Below are positions 26,970-40,798 of a DNA stretch of 64,000 bases, piece by piece. The notes under the pieces are model-generated. The model was given only the letters and a program-made list of their open reading frames with translations. It was not told the DNA's origin and did not search any database. The position numbers were made by a program, and so were the translations under genes. Within the stretch, counting starts at the first letter, position 1, and each line of letters begins with the position of its first letter. The stretch is from Eledone cirrhosa (Eukaryota): NCBI GenBank assembly GCA_964016885.1, contig OZ024740.1, positions 58,590,001 to 58,654,000 of the forward strand, in the 5' to 3' direction.

Positions 26970-27466
26970 CATATACACACACATATATACACATATACAT
27001 ATATATATATATATACATATACAAACATATACACATATATAGATATACACCTATACACATATATAAATATACACATAAAAATATATGTATATATATACAC
27101 ACACACACACATATATATATACATACACACACACATATATATATATATGTATCTATGTATATATATATATATATATATATACAGATACATAGTAGGTTGC
27201 TTTAACACTTCTTTTATTATTCAAAAAACTTCTTGCCAATAAACATTAACCCTTTGTGCGCCATTCATCTAACTGTAGACCAACAAATACCAAGTAAACG
27301 GAGCATTGACAAGAACGATGGCGAATGAATGTTCGAGATAAGCAGTTTCCTCCTGAGCTGTTAGTTCACACGGGATTCTCTGCTACACCTTTTCGTAATA
27401 ATACCGAACAACATACTGCTGGTTACTCCTTCCTCCAAAAGCCGTACAAAGCATCTCTCTCTCTCT

Positions 27467-27522
<56 letters not shown>

Positions 27523-28460
27523 ACATATTTGTTTTAAGAACATATTAAAGTTTAAGCAAAGAATTGCTGCTTTCAACATTAACGGAATCTTCTGAAACTA
27601 AAAAATTTAATCTTTGAACGCAGAAGTAAATATTTCGAGAAACGTTGCAACCGAAGGAAAACAGGAAGACGATATTTTGGTTCATGAAGACGTTCCCTGG
27701 CAATGAACGAAAAAAAAAGCGAGGATAATACGTCGTTCTGTGGACCGAGAAGAACAATTTCATGCAAAGACAAGACCAAGTTTATGGTATAAATGGAGTC
27801 GTTAGACTAATATTCTATTTAAAATAACCAAATGGTTTCCAGCCCCGGAGTTTAAGAATGATGTAAATAAAATTGTAAACAAAAATTGTAAACAAAAATG
27901 ACAGAGGTTATTAAAATAGTAAAAGTAAATAGTGAAGATTTAGGCCAGTACATACGTATGCGCCGACGGACATACACATACATATACATACACAAACACA
28001 CACACGCACGCACGTGCGTGTGTGTGTGTGTGTGTGTGTAAGCCTTATGCATTTCTACAGTATTTTCACCAAACTTAAGATATAGGTTACTTATGTACTC
28101 CGGATGGTCATCGGCACTTGCATTTTTCCAGATATTGATTATAGGGCCTCCCGGCAGATAACCCCCTTCAGCCGCTTCTTTGGAGTCAACTGAAGCACTG
28201 CAGTGCAATGCAACAAAACGTCATAACTTCTGGAGTTCGCAACCAATTTTCACAAAACTTGACACATGGGCCACGTTTGTTCTACAGATGAATGTGAATT
28301 CGCACATATTGAGTAGGGGACTCCTGGGGCAGGAATCTCCTTCGGGAAAAAGCCAATGATTTTGTAAAAGTATAGTTATCTAAGCAGCACTGAAGTATTG
28401 ACATAAATGCTATACATAACTGCTATTTAATACCCAAGCAACGCCGGGTACCTCTGCTAG
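26599..28460 (+). mobile_element. Non-autonomous Helitron (~1.86 kb)
   Basis: Begins TC and ends CTAG, inserted between A and T without a TSD. The empty site ATTA|TGTGAG is seen in the intact MITE at 58861. Subterminal hairpin TACCCAAGCAACGCCGGGTA lies ~10 nt before the end. Internal (TA)/(CA) microsatellites. Confidence 0.88.
26886..27182. repeat. (CA)/(TA) compound microsatellite inside the Helitron
   Basis: Direct reading; source of spurious YI/HT ORFs. Confidence 0.95.
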
Positions 28461-28917
28461 TGTGAGATAAAGCCTTTACCATGAAAATATAATAGTAGTG
28501 TAACGTAAATGCTAAAGGGTTATTCCTGCTTTGTCTTTTCTGTGTAGCCCAACATCCCTAAGTTCTTACCCTTTTCATGTTTTCTTTCTTTTTCCACTGG
28601 TATCCAATTTACTCAGATGAAAATAAGTAACAGCACTAGCTGGGGTTTACTCTGCAATGGACGAGTGGTAAAATCTTCTGCTATGTCGCTTAATACCAAT
28701 GAAACTGGGATAAGTACCAGTTTGATGAGCTCTCAGGCTTGGGACATACTTTAATTTTAGCATCTAGATGACAGAAACTACTTACTACTTTTAACAATAC
28801 CACTGAATAGTTCCTGGTGATTGCTTCTACTGACCATTGGTGTTAATCTTTCCAATTATTGTCAATCTGCCTAAGACCTCCACTGCCACTTTTATGTATT
28901 TATTATTTCAATGAATA

Positions 28918-29135
28918 TTGTGGTGGATTAGTAGAATCATGAGTACTTTGGGGTATCTAAATAAAACCCTTTACATTCTGAGTTCAAATCTCACTGAGGC
29001 AAACTTTCCCTTTCATCCTTCTGAGGTCTATAAAATAAAGTACCATTCAAATACTGGGGTTAATATAATCAACTTTCTTCTCTCTCCACCTCCCAGCCCC
29101 TCAACAAAAATTATTAGCCTTGTGCCAAAATTATA
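28918..29135 (+). mobile_element. Decayed tRNA-derived SINE (MetaSINE-like)
   Basis: GAGTTCAAATCTC...CTTTCATCCTTCTGAGGTCTATAAAATAAAGTACCA. Confidence 0.7.
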
Positions 29136-31442
29136 AATTCATAGTGAAAGGCCTTCAAATGTTTTTCATAAACATCCCATATATTATCCAATATACAATA
29201 TATACATTTATATGTATACTGCTATGTAAACTTTTTTAATTTAATCCTGGCTGGTTACTGATCCATATGTAAATGAGTTTCATCAGCTCATAAACAAAAA
29301 CAGAAATTATATGATTCTAATTTATTTTAACTTCAGGAGAAGTAGGGAGATATGTAGTATTGATAAATGCAAAACAGCAAGAAACAATGCATTGTTGATT
29401 ACTTCTCCTTGCTTTTGCTGAGGTTAAGAATGTATTATTGAGTTTGTTCCTACATGCCAACCAAGATCACTTTCCAGATTACATAAATACTTTGAGTACA
29501 TTTATTTATGAAATTATATAATATACAACATTATTTTGAAATTATAATTACGACAGACTTTAAAAAGATAATTGAATTTACAAAAATATAATGCTTGACA
29601 CTTTTCCACCATGCTGTTAATTGTGTCTCAATAATAATTGAAAATGCCTAGTGAGTGAAATTGTCTAAAAGAAATCTGTTTGATAGCCCATTGGATCAAC
29701 TGTAGCTGTAATTCAAAGGGCTGGCTTTGTCACACACAGTATCCCACTGAATGTCATTGAGAATTACATTAGGGGTACTCATGTCTGTGGATGATCAGCC
29801 ACTTACATGTTAGTTTCATGAGTAAGCTGGAAACTTATTGTCGAGACTGATGGAAGTCCATTCCATTCCAATGGTCAAAAGCTTGTTACACCCTCAACCT
29901 CTTTTGCCACTTTCTCTTTTATGCTAAATTTCTATTTTTTCTTTACTAGTTACCTTCAATATTTGATGAATACATACGGATACATACACACATTCAAAAG
30001 TATACATGCTTCTTAATTGCTTGTAGTATATATGTGTGTTTGCTTCTGTCGGTAAACTATTAGAGATAAATCTTATTTTGTAGCTTTTGTTTATAATTTG
30101 TCAGTGTCTTAGAAGTTACTGGGGAGAGAAAGGTGTTACAATTGACTATTTGTGAATATTGATTGAGTTGACAAAAACTCTAGTCTGATAAGTGTAAAGA
30201 ATTTCCTGTTTTTTTCTTTACAAACTAGTGTAAAAGTAACAGATAAACTGATCAATGAGTTGATTGAAGGATATGTATCTGTTTAATTAACACTGGTGTG
30301 TCTGTTGTCTTCAATTACAAGATTATTATTCTGATTTTGTGATATTTTCTTGGTTTACGAGGATGTACACCTGCATTTTAAGAATTTTATATAGCAGGAA
30401 GATATTTAATGTTTTAATATATCTATGTTTATCATAACTATTTATATGGAGTGTATATTTCATCGAATCTAAATACTGAATATATGACTTAAGCAAGTAC
30501 TAAGCTTTGAAGTATATACTGTATGTGGTCAGAAGCTCTGTCTATATTACAACTTTGTGAATTTGTTTTTTAACCATGTGAAGAACCATTGTAAAGAAAT
30601 ACCTCATAAATAATCTCATAATCTATTTTTAAAATACTGAAGACACCTGAAACAAAATTTGTTGAGGATTCATTGAGATATCCTCAACATTCTTCAACAA
30701 CTTTTCTGAAGATTTAACAAAGTTGTTTGCCTGATAGAACTGACCATTTTTTTTACCCATGGTTATTTATTAATACTTTAATCTTTAGACTTTTTGCTAG
30801 TCTCCCAAGTTTTGAACTATTTCTGTCGGTCAACTAGTTTTACAATGACAACCAGATAATTCTGACAACCTGGTGCTAGCATGTAAAAGCAAATGCATTG
30901 CCTGGTGCTATTAACCTTCCTGATAATATAACTATATCTTTGTGCAATCTATTTTTGGTATAGTTTGCACAAGGACGCCATAGTACTGATTAATCTGCCC
31001 TTCTGATAATCCTACATGAAGATCAAATGTAGGATTGTAGAGCATGTAAATAGTAAGGTTTTAATATTCATTAGAGATGGAAGATATTTTAATATTAACA
31101 TCTACACTATATTTTCATCAGTTCTCTAACTGCCTATAAGTGTCTTATTCCTGCATATGCACAAAATACAAGATTGAATTTGAACTAGGATCTTTTTTTC
31201 TAAACTAAAGGTAAGCGACAGTGAACATTCCACCTTCTTCAGGTACTCAGTTGAGATCCCATTCGAAGAATTCAGGGAAATACTGTCAAATGGACTTGTT
31301 ACCATAAAGTCACACTTAACTAAAGGTAAAACCAGATTGAATGACAAAACTGCTGAATGTGCATGATATTTCAATGGAGATGTAAACAGAATGAATGACA
31401 AACATAGGAATACAACTACCTGCCACACCAATCCCTTTAAAC

Positions 31443-31632
31443 ATAATTGTTTCTACTTTAGGCACAAGGCCAGCAATTACCCAGTACATTACTGGTACTT
31501 TATTTTATCGACCCCGTAAGGATGAAAGGCAAAGTTAACCTCGACAGGATTTGAACTCAGACCGTAAAGGGACGTAATTATGCTGGAAAGCATGGCGTCC
31601 GACTCTCTACCGATACTGCCAGTCCACCGCCC
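31443..31632 (-). mobile_element. tRNA-derived SINE (MetaSINE-like)
   Basis: Reverse complement of the 8783-8970 SINE, flanked by a CCCTTTAAACATAAT direct repeat (~31432 and ~31630) that looks like a TSD. Confidence 0.85.
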
Positions 31633-31996
31633 TTTAAACATAATGGAATATGTTTTCATGACCTGAATTCCCACTACAAGCTTTTCAAGTGCAACAGGTT
31701 TAATATATTTTATTTTACAGGAACTGGAATATAATGAGACAGCTTTTATATAGCTCCTTGATCTGCTAAAAATAGCAGTTAAATATTTTACTATAATTTA
31801 AAAATGAAGGAAACATTAGATATTATAAAGAAAAGAATAGATGGAATTGTCATGCCAGGAATGTCTATATAAATAACTGCTCAGTTAATTATGGCCGATT
31901 TGGGGAATAACAACAACACTAAGGAGTAATATTATTCACTGATACATGTAGTGTAGATTGTAAATATTTAAAATATTTTCATCTATAAAGATGAGG

Positions 31997-32237
31997 TTAA
32001 CTCTTTTTGCTACCAACATGTCCTAAACTGACTCTGGCTCTGGTCCTATTAAACAAAAGCATCCATTTTAAAGGGTTCTTATTTAAATTAAAATCTTCTA
32101 GCATAATTTTATATAGGATCTGCTTCTTAAGTTACTGTTTTAGTAATGAAAATAGTAAGTAATTTTGATAAATCTCTCAAAATTCTTTATTAATTAAAAT
32201 AGTGTATTTCATTAGAAATACACCCCCAAAAGGGTTA
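31997..32237. mobile_element. Second TTAA MITE family (putative)
   Basis: TTAACTCTTTTTG...CAAAAGGGTTAA. Similar termini GTTGGTA(C/T)C(A/G)AAAGGGTTAA at ~24795-24813 and ~25162-25181. Confidence 0.5.
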
Positions 32238-33574
32238 ATAGTCTGAAAAATTATAATCTTAACAATTTATCTCTGACATTTTGATCATAATTATCTAGAT
32301 CAGAACTTTCCTAACTTTTGTGATACAAATCATTTTTTTTTTTAAATAAAAAAAAAAAATGTGACACATTGTTTTGTTAGGGACACAAAATTAAAGAAAT
32401 TGATAATATAAAACAAAAAAACATTAATTATCATATGATGTGTCATCAGTCATGCTCACAGTTGTCGTCAGATCTTAGATTTTCTTTAGCCTAACTTCAC
32501 ATGTCTTTTTCTCTCAAAACCTTTTAAAAATCTACTCAACTTTGTCATCTGCTGATCAAGTGATATGAAAAAAAAACTACTGAAAGAAAGATAAGTTAGA
32601 GAGATGGAAAGAACAAGAGAATGGTAGTGTGTGTGTGTGGGGGGGGGGGGGGGGGTAAAGAGAGACAAAAAAGAGATAAAATCAAATGAAAGAGAGCATT
32701 GGTGTCTGTTAAAATTGGTCAGATTTGACATATCTAGCGATTATTGGGCACACATTAAAATATTGCAACACAGTTTGGAAACTTCTGACATAGAGAGTAT
32801 CCATTGCTTATTCATATTTAATATTTCTATTCATATTTAATATTTCTATTTTGCTTAGTCTTAATTTGCTTGTTTTCTAAGAATAAACTTATGCCATGTG
32901 TATCCTGGTTTTTAGAATAGGTACCTCATATCCATACATGTTATTAGAAATGACTAAACAGGTTGGCATCCGGAAGGAGATCTGACTGTAAGACATTGTC
33001 ACAAACCATCCCATCCAAACCCATGTCAGCATGGAAAAGTGGATATAAAAATGATGATACTTCTAGCACCATAATTATTATATATTCAAGTAGTTTATCA
33101 TAAATATGCTTGTAATTTATTTTCATTAAATTCATTATAGTTTGGCAGTATCTATGTGCCTGATTTAACTCTTAACATCCTATAAAGATTTAACAGAACT
33201 TATCTAAAAACTGGTTTGATAATTCAAATTTTTATATCTTCACTATTGTGAACATTTGCAGTATTAAAGCATTGAAATTTTAATTTCATGCAGCCATGGT
33301 GTTGTCTTGCACTTTTCCAGAATGTCTTGCTAATGTGGTTTCATATATTACACAACATTAAGAGTTAAAGTTTATGAGTAGCACAAATGGAGAACTTGTG
33401 TTTTCACACAGGTCAGCAATGGGCATTCGTGCTTTTGATCTTAAATTTTTTGTAATTTACCAGAAGTTGACTATTACATATGGATTCATGCTTGCCCTAA
33501 GAGGTCTATTGGAAGATAATTTTGACTGAGAGACCACAAGCATTGAAGTAAAAATTTAGTTTTATCAGTAACAT

Positions 33575-33840
33575 AGGCATGTGGCTGAGGGTGTTTCACT
33601 TACAATCATAATGTCATGGTTTCGATTCCTAGGCCGGGTTGTGTGTTGTGTTCTTGAGCAACACATTTCATTTCATATTGCTCCAGTATACTTGGTTGAA
33701 AATGAGTACCAACAATAGCTAATAATTTAACACTGATGGAATGATTTCCAGGAGAAAGTCTTGTACTCTCAATTACTTATTGCCAAGGAAAATGGGATAA
33801 GCATTGGCTTAATAAACCGCTAGGCTTGAGACAGACTTTT
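33575..33840 (+). mobile_element. tRNA-derived SINE, different family (related decayed copies at ~38870-39130, ~46560-46810, ~48260-48400 on minus)
   Basis: GGTTTCGATTCC B-box; GTGTTCTTGAGCAACACATTTCATTTCATATTGCTCCAGT core. Confidence 0.7.
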
Positions 33841-34269
33841 AGTAAGATATCTTTTAATATTTATCAATATTTGTTTCATGTATTTCTTCTACTATAGATG
33901 TGATTATACACAACAGCAGCAGCGAAAAGTACATAGCATAATATTTACCACTAAAGTTAGTTTTGAGGAAAGTCTAAAAGACTTGTAAGAAACATGTGGA
34001 TTTGCAAATCAATATGTGGTCAAAATTAATGGAAGAAAAGAAATTATTTATGTGTAAAATGATAGTTTTTAATTGATGTCAAAAATTAAAAAATTAGATA
34101 AAGAGAACTTATATTGATCTCAACATTTATAATAATTCTTTCATGATAAAAATGTAATATAGCTACTTTCAAGACAATTAATGTAATGTTCCTCAGGTTA
34201 ATATTTGAGGCAATAGAAATTTAAATTAGAATTTCCATTAATTAAGCTTCATATTTCATAAAGCAGGTG

Positions 34270-34835
34270 AAGAAGTTCATAAGTGATGGAAGACAGGATG
34301 CTGAATTAAAAGTAAGAATTGCAGGAGCTGGTGCAATAATGTTCCAGGTTCAGTATTTGGTCATCAGAAGAAGGGAGGTAGTGTAAAAGCCAAACTCGCT
34401 GTCTTCAATTGGGTATTCATGTCAACCCTTACCTATGGGTAATGACCGAAAGAATATGATTGCAAATACAAGCAACCAAAATCGGGTTCCTCTGAAGGGT
34501 CTTTGGAGTAACATTACTCAATAGAGTGTGTAGCTTGAAGATTAGGGAGTTACCTCAGGTAGAACCATTACTTCTCTGAATTAAGAGCTCAAGGCTCTGC
34601 TATAATGGACATGTGGTTAGAATGTCTCAGGAAAGAATCACTGAACAGATTTTATGGGCAAAAACAACTAGGAGTAGACCTCGGGCAAGATGGTTGGATA
34701 ATATCCATGAGATTGGCTAGGATCCAGCTGGATCAATTGGAGATGATTACTTCTGACAGGAGCTGCTTGAAGGCATGCTTCAAGACTTTGCCCCCACGAC
34801 TCTTCCAGGAATACGTGGGCAAAGAAGAAGAAATC
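34270..34835 (+). mobile_element. Old RTE-like LINE 3' region, family distinct from the young PHD-RTE
   Basis: DAEL..RIAGAGAIM, TLTYG and GHVVRM..ER remnants; GAA-rich end. Homologous to 39850-40098 plus 45958-46230. Confidence 0.7.
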
Positions 34836-34929
34836 ATAAATGTCTTTTGTTTGTTTAATTTTTGTTTTGTTTTTCTATGTATGTGTATATATATATGATG
34901 GACTCCGCCATCATATTTCTATGTATGAG

Positions 34930-36500
34930 GTTTCAACAGTTCATTTTTTTATGGTTATACCTTAAATGGCACTTCAGTCCAGCTGCTGATTTATGCATCC
35001 AGCCACATTTAGTACAGACGACAGGATTATTAGTGAAGCAGGATGGCATGTTTGATCGAATTTTGGTGTTGGATCTTAGATCACAAAGATGGACCAGACG
35101 AGATTAAGCTGTCCCTGCCTAACATCTTCTATTTGTCTGAGGGGAAAGTGAGGGCTTTAGTTGATGTACTACTTCAGTTTTCTTAATGCAGATTTTTAAA
35201 CCAAACACCTTGCAGGCAAGTTAGTTGTTCATCAATTCTTGTGTCTATTCAAGGAATGTTGCAACAAGTGTAGCATCATCAGCAAACAGTAAATCACACT
35301 TCGTGTAAGTGTTTTAGCCTTACAGCGCTAATTGTTGAATAATCCACCTGATGTACGAAATTCAAATCTGACACCAGTGTCTACATCGCCAAATGCATAC
35401 AGAAAAGAACATGACACAACCCTGCTTTGTGCCATTTGTGACACCAAAGGGTTCAGAGCATTCACCAATTGACATAATTGGTGCTTTCATGCCCTCATGA
35501 ACAGGCATGATAACATTTAGAATATTGTCAGCTATGCCAAGCTTTTTGAGGATTTTCCAGAGAGCTTTACTCTTGACAATGTCAAAGGCTTTGGCCAAGC
35601 CCCAAAAAACAAAACACAAACAACTCCTGGTTCTTTTCACGAATCATTTCTGCAACCTGGCAAAGGAAGATGATGATGTCAATTGTACCCTGACTTGTGC
35701 AGAAACCACATTGGTTGTCAGGGTAGATATCAACAAGTCTGGATGTATTTCTCTTGAGAATGACACGGGCAAGTACCTTGCCAGCAAAACAGAGGAGGGA
35801 GATACCGTGTGAGTTGTCAGAGATAGATTTTTTACCTTTGTTCTTGAAGAGATAGATTATAGATGCATCTCTGAAGTCTTGAGGGATATGTTCGATCTTT
35901 CAGATTTCTAGAAATAGCCAAAGAAGCTTACAAAACAGATTTTGACTACATTATTTAAAAATTTCAGTGGGGATGCCATTTTTACTAGGTGCTTTATTGG
36001 ATGACAGTTGCTTAGTAGCAGCTCGTACTTCATTCAAGCTTCAATTAAATGCTAATTTGGTTATTTCTGGCTTTTGTATAATAGATGATGTGACATCTTC
36101 ATCTACATTTGACTAAGCATTTAGGACCTTTTCAAAGTGTTCCTTCCATTGAGGGAGTATCTCAGCTTTATCCAGGTATAGAGTTGTGTCCCCAGAGGAT
36201 AGAACTGGATTTGACTTGCTCTCCTTCGAACTATACACCACCTTCAGACCATTATAAAAGTCCCATGAAACCTTTTTATCAGCAGCTTCTTGTATTTCAG
36301 CTACTTTAGCTGCCTACCAGGCATCCTTCATCTGTGCCTGCTGCTTACAACCATTATAGGCTTTCTTTTTAGTTGTTGAGTTTTTATCGGCAATCAAAAG
36401 TCTGTGTATGTTATGCATCTTGCTGATAAGATTCTGGACATCTGAGTTGCTTTCATCAAACCAGTCCTGGTGTGTTCTTATAGGAAATCCTGATGATGCT
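34930..36500 (-). mobile_element. Decayed RTE/BovB-like LINE (RT region)
   Basis: ORF 35362..35640 LAKAFDIV..ALWKILKKLG...GTKQGCV; LFADDA and GLKI remnants; DWFDESN upstream. Confidence 0.8.
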
Positions 36501-36565
36501 CACATGAAATATAATTTGGTTTCATTATACTGATTAATATCATTTGTATTTCTGGTTCTACTCCA

Positions 36566-36760
36566 AATAATTGTTTCTACTTTTGGCACAAGGCCAGCAA
36601 TTATCCCAGTGCATTACTCGTACTTTATTTTATCGACCCCGTAAGGATGAAAGGCAAAGTTAACCTCGGCGGGATTTGAACTCAGACCGTAAAGGAGCGT
36701 AACTCTATGCTGCAAAGCATGGTGTCTGACCCTCTACTGATACTGCCAATCCACTGCCCT
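36566..36760 (-). mobile_element. tRNA-derived SINE (MetaSINE-like)
   Basis: Reverse complement of the 8783 copy, flanked by an imperfect TACTCCA(A/G)ATAAT direct repeat. Confidence 0.85.
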
Positions 36761-37340
36761 ATACTCCAGATAATGCCAGTTTCTTGTAATTAATATTGAA
36801 ACAGAGTCAGCAATAATGATGTGTTTAATTTGCATTAAACAAAACATTGTAAATTAAAATTTAAAAAAACCTGGCTGTTTAGTGTAACATGAAAGATGAT
36901 GAATACAGATGGTCTGGCTATGTGGTAAGAAGTTTACATGGGTTCCTATTCAGTGCCACTGTGTGACTCGTACAATAGCTTTGAAATGACTAATGACTTA
37001 TAAGTGAAATTTGTGTGTGTTTATGTAATATATTATAACAGTTTGACAGAAAGAGATCGATAAAATAAGTACTAGATTTAAAATCCCTTCAAAGTGGTGC
37101 TTCAGCATGGCCATAGTCTTATGACTGATACCAACAGGAGAATTAAAAGTAGGATGATGTAGGAATGGATTTTGTCACATAGGCTAAACTTAAGAATACC
37201 TTAATCTTGACATTAAAAGTAATCAAGATAAATTCAATTTGGAAAAATGTTTTTATTTTAATATATGATTTAAACTGTTGACATTTATATATTGTCTTAC
37301 TAACTAATTAACAAAAGTAAAAAATTAATAGGCGGAGAAG

Positions 37341-37392
37341 TCTTCTTCTTCTTCTTCTTCTTCTTCTTCTTCTTCTTCTTCTTCTTCTTCTT
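37341..37392. repeat. (CTT)n microsatellite
   Basis: Direct reading; gives the poly-K ORF 37300..37488. Confidence 0.95.
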
Positions 37393-37809
37393 GTAACATT
37401 TCTCAAACTTACTAAATGTTGCTTTAAATTTCAAGTAAATCATAATTAGTATCTCATTCGTCATCCTTTCACTCACTTCTCTCAACATCTAACAAACAGT
37501 TTTAGTCACCCAGTTAGTTGTCAGTGTGTTTTTATTCCTCCTTTTTGGTATGATTCACCTATATAGATAAAAGTCCATTCATCCATGGGCCCTAGACTCT
37601 GAATAGAGTCATAATTAAACATGGTGGATACAAACCCTCTCCTGTTCTAAACGTAGTTGATTTCTCCCAGAGAAATACTGAAAAGAGAGACAGAGGAAGC
37701 ATCAACCCCAGTACTAGACTGGTACCTTATTTGTTAACCTTCAAAGGAATAAAAGGCAAAGTTGACCTCAGGCAGATTACAAATCAGTGCAGAGAATGGG
37801 AACAAATAT

Positions 37810-38185
37810 TGCATTCAGGCCACTCTGTAAAATGGTATTGCTGATGTCATGATAAAATGCACACAGTCCTCTTTGTAAAGTGGTATTGCTGGTGCCACTA
37901 AAACACGCACCCTGTCTACTCTGTAAAATGGTATTGCTGATGTCATGATAAAATGCACTCAATCCATTTTGTAAAGTGGTAGTGCTTTTGTCATGACTAG
38001 TCCATACTCTAAAGTAGTTAATTTTAGGGAGAGTATTCAGCCTTAGAAACCATGCCAAAATGGAATACAGCATGATGTGATAATCTGACCAATCTAGTCT
38101 GAGAACATGACAACCTATCCAACACATGCCAGCTTGGAAAATGGATGTAAAATGCTGGTGGTGATAATGATGATAATGATGATTC
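37810..38185 (+). mobile_element. RTE-type 3' end with about four 48-bp internal repeats
   Basis: Repeated (CT/TT)GTAAA(A/G)TGGTA..GCT units followed by CCAACACATGCCAGCTTGGAAAATGGATGTAAAA and a GAT-rich tail. Confidence 0.7.
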
Positions 38186-39849
38186 TCAGTTTATTACAGC
38201 TACAAAATGTTTTATATTCTCTAGACAGTAAATTGGCAAAGTCATTTGAGTGTACGGCAAAATAACTTGTGTTATTTATTCCAGCTCTGAGTTCAAGCCC
38301 TACAATGGTCAACCTTACCTTTTATCCTTTCTAGGTTGATAAGAGGATGTAGTAGATCAGTGTGATGGATTGGTGGAATTGTTTAGAGCATTAGGTAAGA
38401 TGCCATGTGGTATTTGATTCAGTTCTTTCATCATGAGTTTAAATTCTTCTGTGGCCTACTTATGTGGTAGACTTAATCTATTACTTACTTTAAACATCTC
38501 CACCTGACCCTTGAATTGCCTCTTGCAGAGTCTGCATTGCTGCAAGCCATTCAGTCTAGATCATTATTTTGAGGATAACTTCCACCCTCTTTCTTACCAT
38601 TCTTAGAGGCTCTGAAAAGTATCATAAGCACTTCCCTTCCTGTCTTGAATAAATAGGAGAAAAAAAATTGTACTTGATAGTTTTGAATAACTTCCTTAAA
38701 TATTATGGTTGATATAGAAAACTTTCAGTATGATTATTGAGAGAATGAGAAATTGCTTTTGAAACTGTCACTGAAAGGCAAATGGTTGTGTGAAAGTTGA
38801 TGATATTTGTTATGTTGCATTGAGCTATTGTTGATACCAACAACAAGTGTTCCAGTTGATTCAATTAATAGAATGGTCTGCTTCTGAAATGAACATGTAA
38901 ATGGTTGATAATTCCACAGGCACATGCACTCTTATATAGTTCTGAGGGAGATTCAACATGACATAATATGTGAGAAGGCTGATCCCTTGAATTACAGGTA
39001 CAACTAATGTTTGCCAATTGAGTGGACAGAAGCAATGTGAAATAAAGAGTTTTGCTCAAGGATACAACCCACTACCCGGTCTAGGAATCAAACCCATGAT
39101 GTTACAATCATGAGTACAACACCCTAACCTTCACATTTAGTGGAACTGAAAAGAGATAGAAACAACAAATCATTCAGAGTGAACACTAATTTTATAGTAA
39201 TAATAATTACAAATACTTATTTGTAACACCTGCTTTTATTGAAACTGCAAGATAAATGAATGTACATAATATGAATATACATACACTAAAGGTCAATTGG
39301 AGTATACAGGCATGGCAGCTGAAATAATTTGAGAAATTTGATAATAGTATTTGAATTTCTGGTGTTAGAGGAAGTTAAATGAAGATTTGACTGTACTATG
39401 GTGGTGATATGATTTGTATATATTGGTATTGGAAATATTTGAACAGTAAAAATCCACTAATTTCATGTCTCAGAAATATAGACACTTGTCTCACAATGAG
39501 CATTTTGGAGCCATTATTACAATAAATATATTCTTAGCTATTATGATCTTTATTCTTTAGAATTCTTTGTATATTATAATATTCTGGTTCATGCTTTATT
39601 AATTTATTTTTTTAAATTTGTTTTGGACATTCTTATAAAAGAACGTATGTACTTTTAATTCACAAAAGGGACCCGAAAGAAAGACAAAGTAAGGCAGTTT
39701 TATATAGAGTTAGCCACTAGGTAATTTGGAAATTCTTGACATGATAACAGAATATTCTACAATCAACAAAATTATTTTCATTGCAAATATATTCTCACAT
39801 CAAATTTAAATACTTGGTGTTAGAAAAAGTTAATATACAGTTGTTGTTT

Positions 39850-40098
39850 TCTTCTTCTCTTCCTCCTCCCATATTCCATGGAGGGTCGTAGGGGTAGAAT
39901 CTTCAAACACTCCTTCCAGTGTGTCCTATCAGAAGCAACCATCTCCAAATGATCCAACTGGATCCCAAAGTGAGACTAGCCAAGCTCATGGATGTTATTC
40001 AACCATCTTGCTCAGGGTCTACCCCTGCATTTCTTGCTGGTTGGTTTTGCCTGTAAAATCTGTCCAGTGATTCTTTCCTGAGACATTCTAACCACATG
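39850..40098 (-). mobile_element. Old RTE-like LINE, left piece (continues at 45958)
   Basis: GATTCTTTCCTGAGACATTCTAACCACATG is the reverse complement of ~34610-34640. Confidence 0.75.
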
Positions 40099-40174
40099 TT
40101 AACTTCGCGAGGGCATGGCGGTCAACCGCCCAATACATACACATCATGCGGCCAACCCCCCCCCCCTCTCTTAG

Positions 40175-40205
<31 letters not shown>

Positions 40206-40502
40206 AGATAGAAATTCACTTCGCCAAATTTCATTGCATTGCTGTCTCCTCCACGATATTCATGTAACGTAATGTACATATTTTTCTTTCATCTCTACCT
40301 CCACACTCCTATTTCATATCAAGTCCAAATAGCCAATCTATTGCTAAAACAATCTACATTTTTTGTATCATTAATTGTTAGATACAAAAGTTTTTGTCGT
40401 ATTGAACAGAACAAATTTTGTATTTTTGTTAAACGCTTGTTAAATGCAAGGACCCCATTCAATCATTACCTTCTATCTAGCTACCCAACATCCCTCCCTC
40501 CC

Positions 40503-40602
40503 GCCCCCACGCACCACCATTGCTATTACGTGGACCAATCATAAGCCAGAGCCCCCACGCATCACCAGTATTATTATTACGCGGACCAATCATAAGCCAG
40601 AG
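40503..40602 (+). promoter_or_regulatory. Candidate internal Pol II promoter of the RTE: duplicated ~50-bp unit with CCAAT box and GC-rich motif
   Basis: GCCCCCACGCA...GGACCAATCATAAGCCAGAG twice (CCAAT at 40535 and 40586). Confidence 0.35.
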
Positions 40603-40798
40603 GCCTATACTATCGCTTGCCTGGTTGCCTTTCGATATATGATGGATGGATGGACTGCGGAATCCTGGAGAGTGGAGGAAAGAGAGAAAAATCTGGACGC
40701 TTAGCGACAATGCCAAAGATAAAGATAAAGATAAAGACAAATTCACCTCGTGGACGAGAATGCGAGCACTCCTCATTGTTTCGACCGCGGACGGCTAA

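Larger units (their letters stand above)
25988..28519. mobile_element. piggyBac-type MITE split by two nested insertions
   Basis: TTAA|CCCTT at 25984-25992, MITE body at 26476-26598 and 28461-28519 ending TAAATGCTAAAGGG. The pieces are collinear with the intact copy at 58724-58929. Confidence 0.8.

Noticed and set aside
32880-32920. NKLMPCV resembling SPO11 NKLSPCI
   Set aside because: The upstream EKDATFQ motif and splice sites are absent; chance similarity.
37300-37488. Poly-lysine ORF
   Set aside because: Translation of a (CTT)n microsatellite.
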